A DNA stretch of 64,000 nucleotides from Candidatus Omnitrophota bacterium (GTDB lineage: Bacteria; Omnitrophota; Gorgyraeia; Zapsychrales; Fredricksoniimonadaceae), in the NCBI GenBank assembly GCA_015233675.1, contig JADFXH010000007.1:44162-108161 (forward strand), given 5' to 3'. Each line of letters begins with the position of its first letter. Position 1 is the first letter of the stretch. The position numbers and the translations under genes were made by a program. Of the stretch, positions 63,721 through 64,000 are shown piece after piece. A model generated the notes under the pieces. It made no database searches. It saw only the letters and a program-made list of their open reading frames with translations, and had not been told where the DNA came from.

Positions 63721-63939
63721 TCAAAAAACCAACTTCTCATCTGTCACGCCACCACCAGCTTGCTGGCTGGGAAAAGCTGCCTGCATGGCGGCTCGCGGCG
63801 GCACCTGAGGCAGCCTGCGATGCCGGCGGCTTCCTCTGGATTCGAAAAAAATGGCACTCGCAATAATGGCACAGACCGCGAGGATGACCAAATATCCGAA
63901 CCAAGGACTAAAACATTTGTCTTTCTTTTTACCGATCAT
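63721..63939 (-). CDS. small single-TM protein (cluster-specific)
   Basis: 72 aa with the TM WFGYLVILAVCAIIASAIFF and a basic, Pro/Gln-rich tail. It is the first complete gene of the array in this window. Confidence 0.4.
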   Translation of the reverse strand: MIGKKKDKCFSPWFGYLVILAVCAIIASAIFFESRGSRRHRRLPQVPPRAAMQAAFPSQQAGGGVTDEKLVF

Positions 63940-64000
63940 GATACCTCAAGAGGAGATCTATTTTTTGTCCTTCTGGAATTTCAAGCCTGTATTAATAGCG

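Noticed and set aside
63958-64000. Tail of a further minus-strand ORF (…AINTGLKFQKDKK stop) at the window edge
   Set aside because: Only 13 codons are visible, which is too short to support as a feature. It is mentioned only as a hint that the cluster continues.

Overview
This 64-kb window comes from a moderately AT-rich bacterium that looks uncultured. All functional calls rest on motif recognition by eye; no searches or computations were run.

Left part (1-26.4 kb): ordinary and accessory genes on both strands.
- A lipid/aminolipid-type cluster: a spermidine-synthase-like membrane protein, a FemAB/GNAT-like acyltransferase, two small EamA/SMR-type transporters, a class-III aminotransferase, a HAD phosphatase, an alpha/beta hydrolase, an ACP and a KAS II.
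- A Zn-alcohol dehydrogenase, PurU, an SDR, a CPA2 antiporter, a 1661-aa PAS/GAF-GGDEF-EAL protein, a membrane pyrophosphatase and an Isf-like flavoprotein.
- A truncated IS200/RAYT-type transposase remnant with flanking inverted repeats.

Right part (26.5-64 kb): one uninterrupted minus-strand array of about 40 genes with tiny or overlapping junctions. Read in the direction of transcription (64 to 26 kb), it carries the hallmark set of a magnetosome gene cluster of the deep-branching mad-gene type.
- Core genes: an HtrA/MamE-like protease, PDZ proteins, a NifX-like/QN-rich/magnetochrome protein, and a MamP-like protein with two PDZ domains and two CxxCH magnetochrome motifs.
- Core genes, continued: two CDF transporters (MamM-like and MamB-like), a TPR MamA-like protein, a LemA MamQ-like protein, a PDZ-ArsB/NhaD permease (MamN-like) and a TauE permease (MamO C-terminal type).
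- Iron module: FeoB, a FecR-domain protein and a DtxR/FeoA-domain regulator.
- Mad-like block: three HEAT-repeat proteins (one strongly acidic), a ParA/MinD ATPase with basic and coiled-coil neighbours, and two paralogous actin-like ATPases.

The array then runs without a break into a membrane-anchored coiled-coil HPt protein and a multi-component phosphorelay that includes a hemerythrin. Two families of short palindromic repeats punctuate the cluster, and one of them is inserted in-frame in coding sequence. I saw no rRNA, tRNA or CRISPR array.
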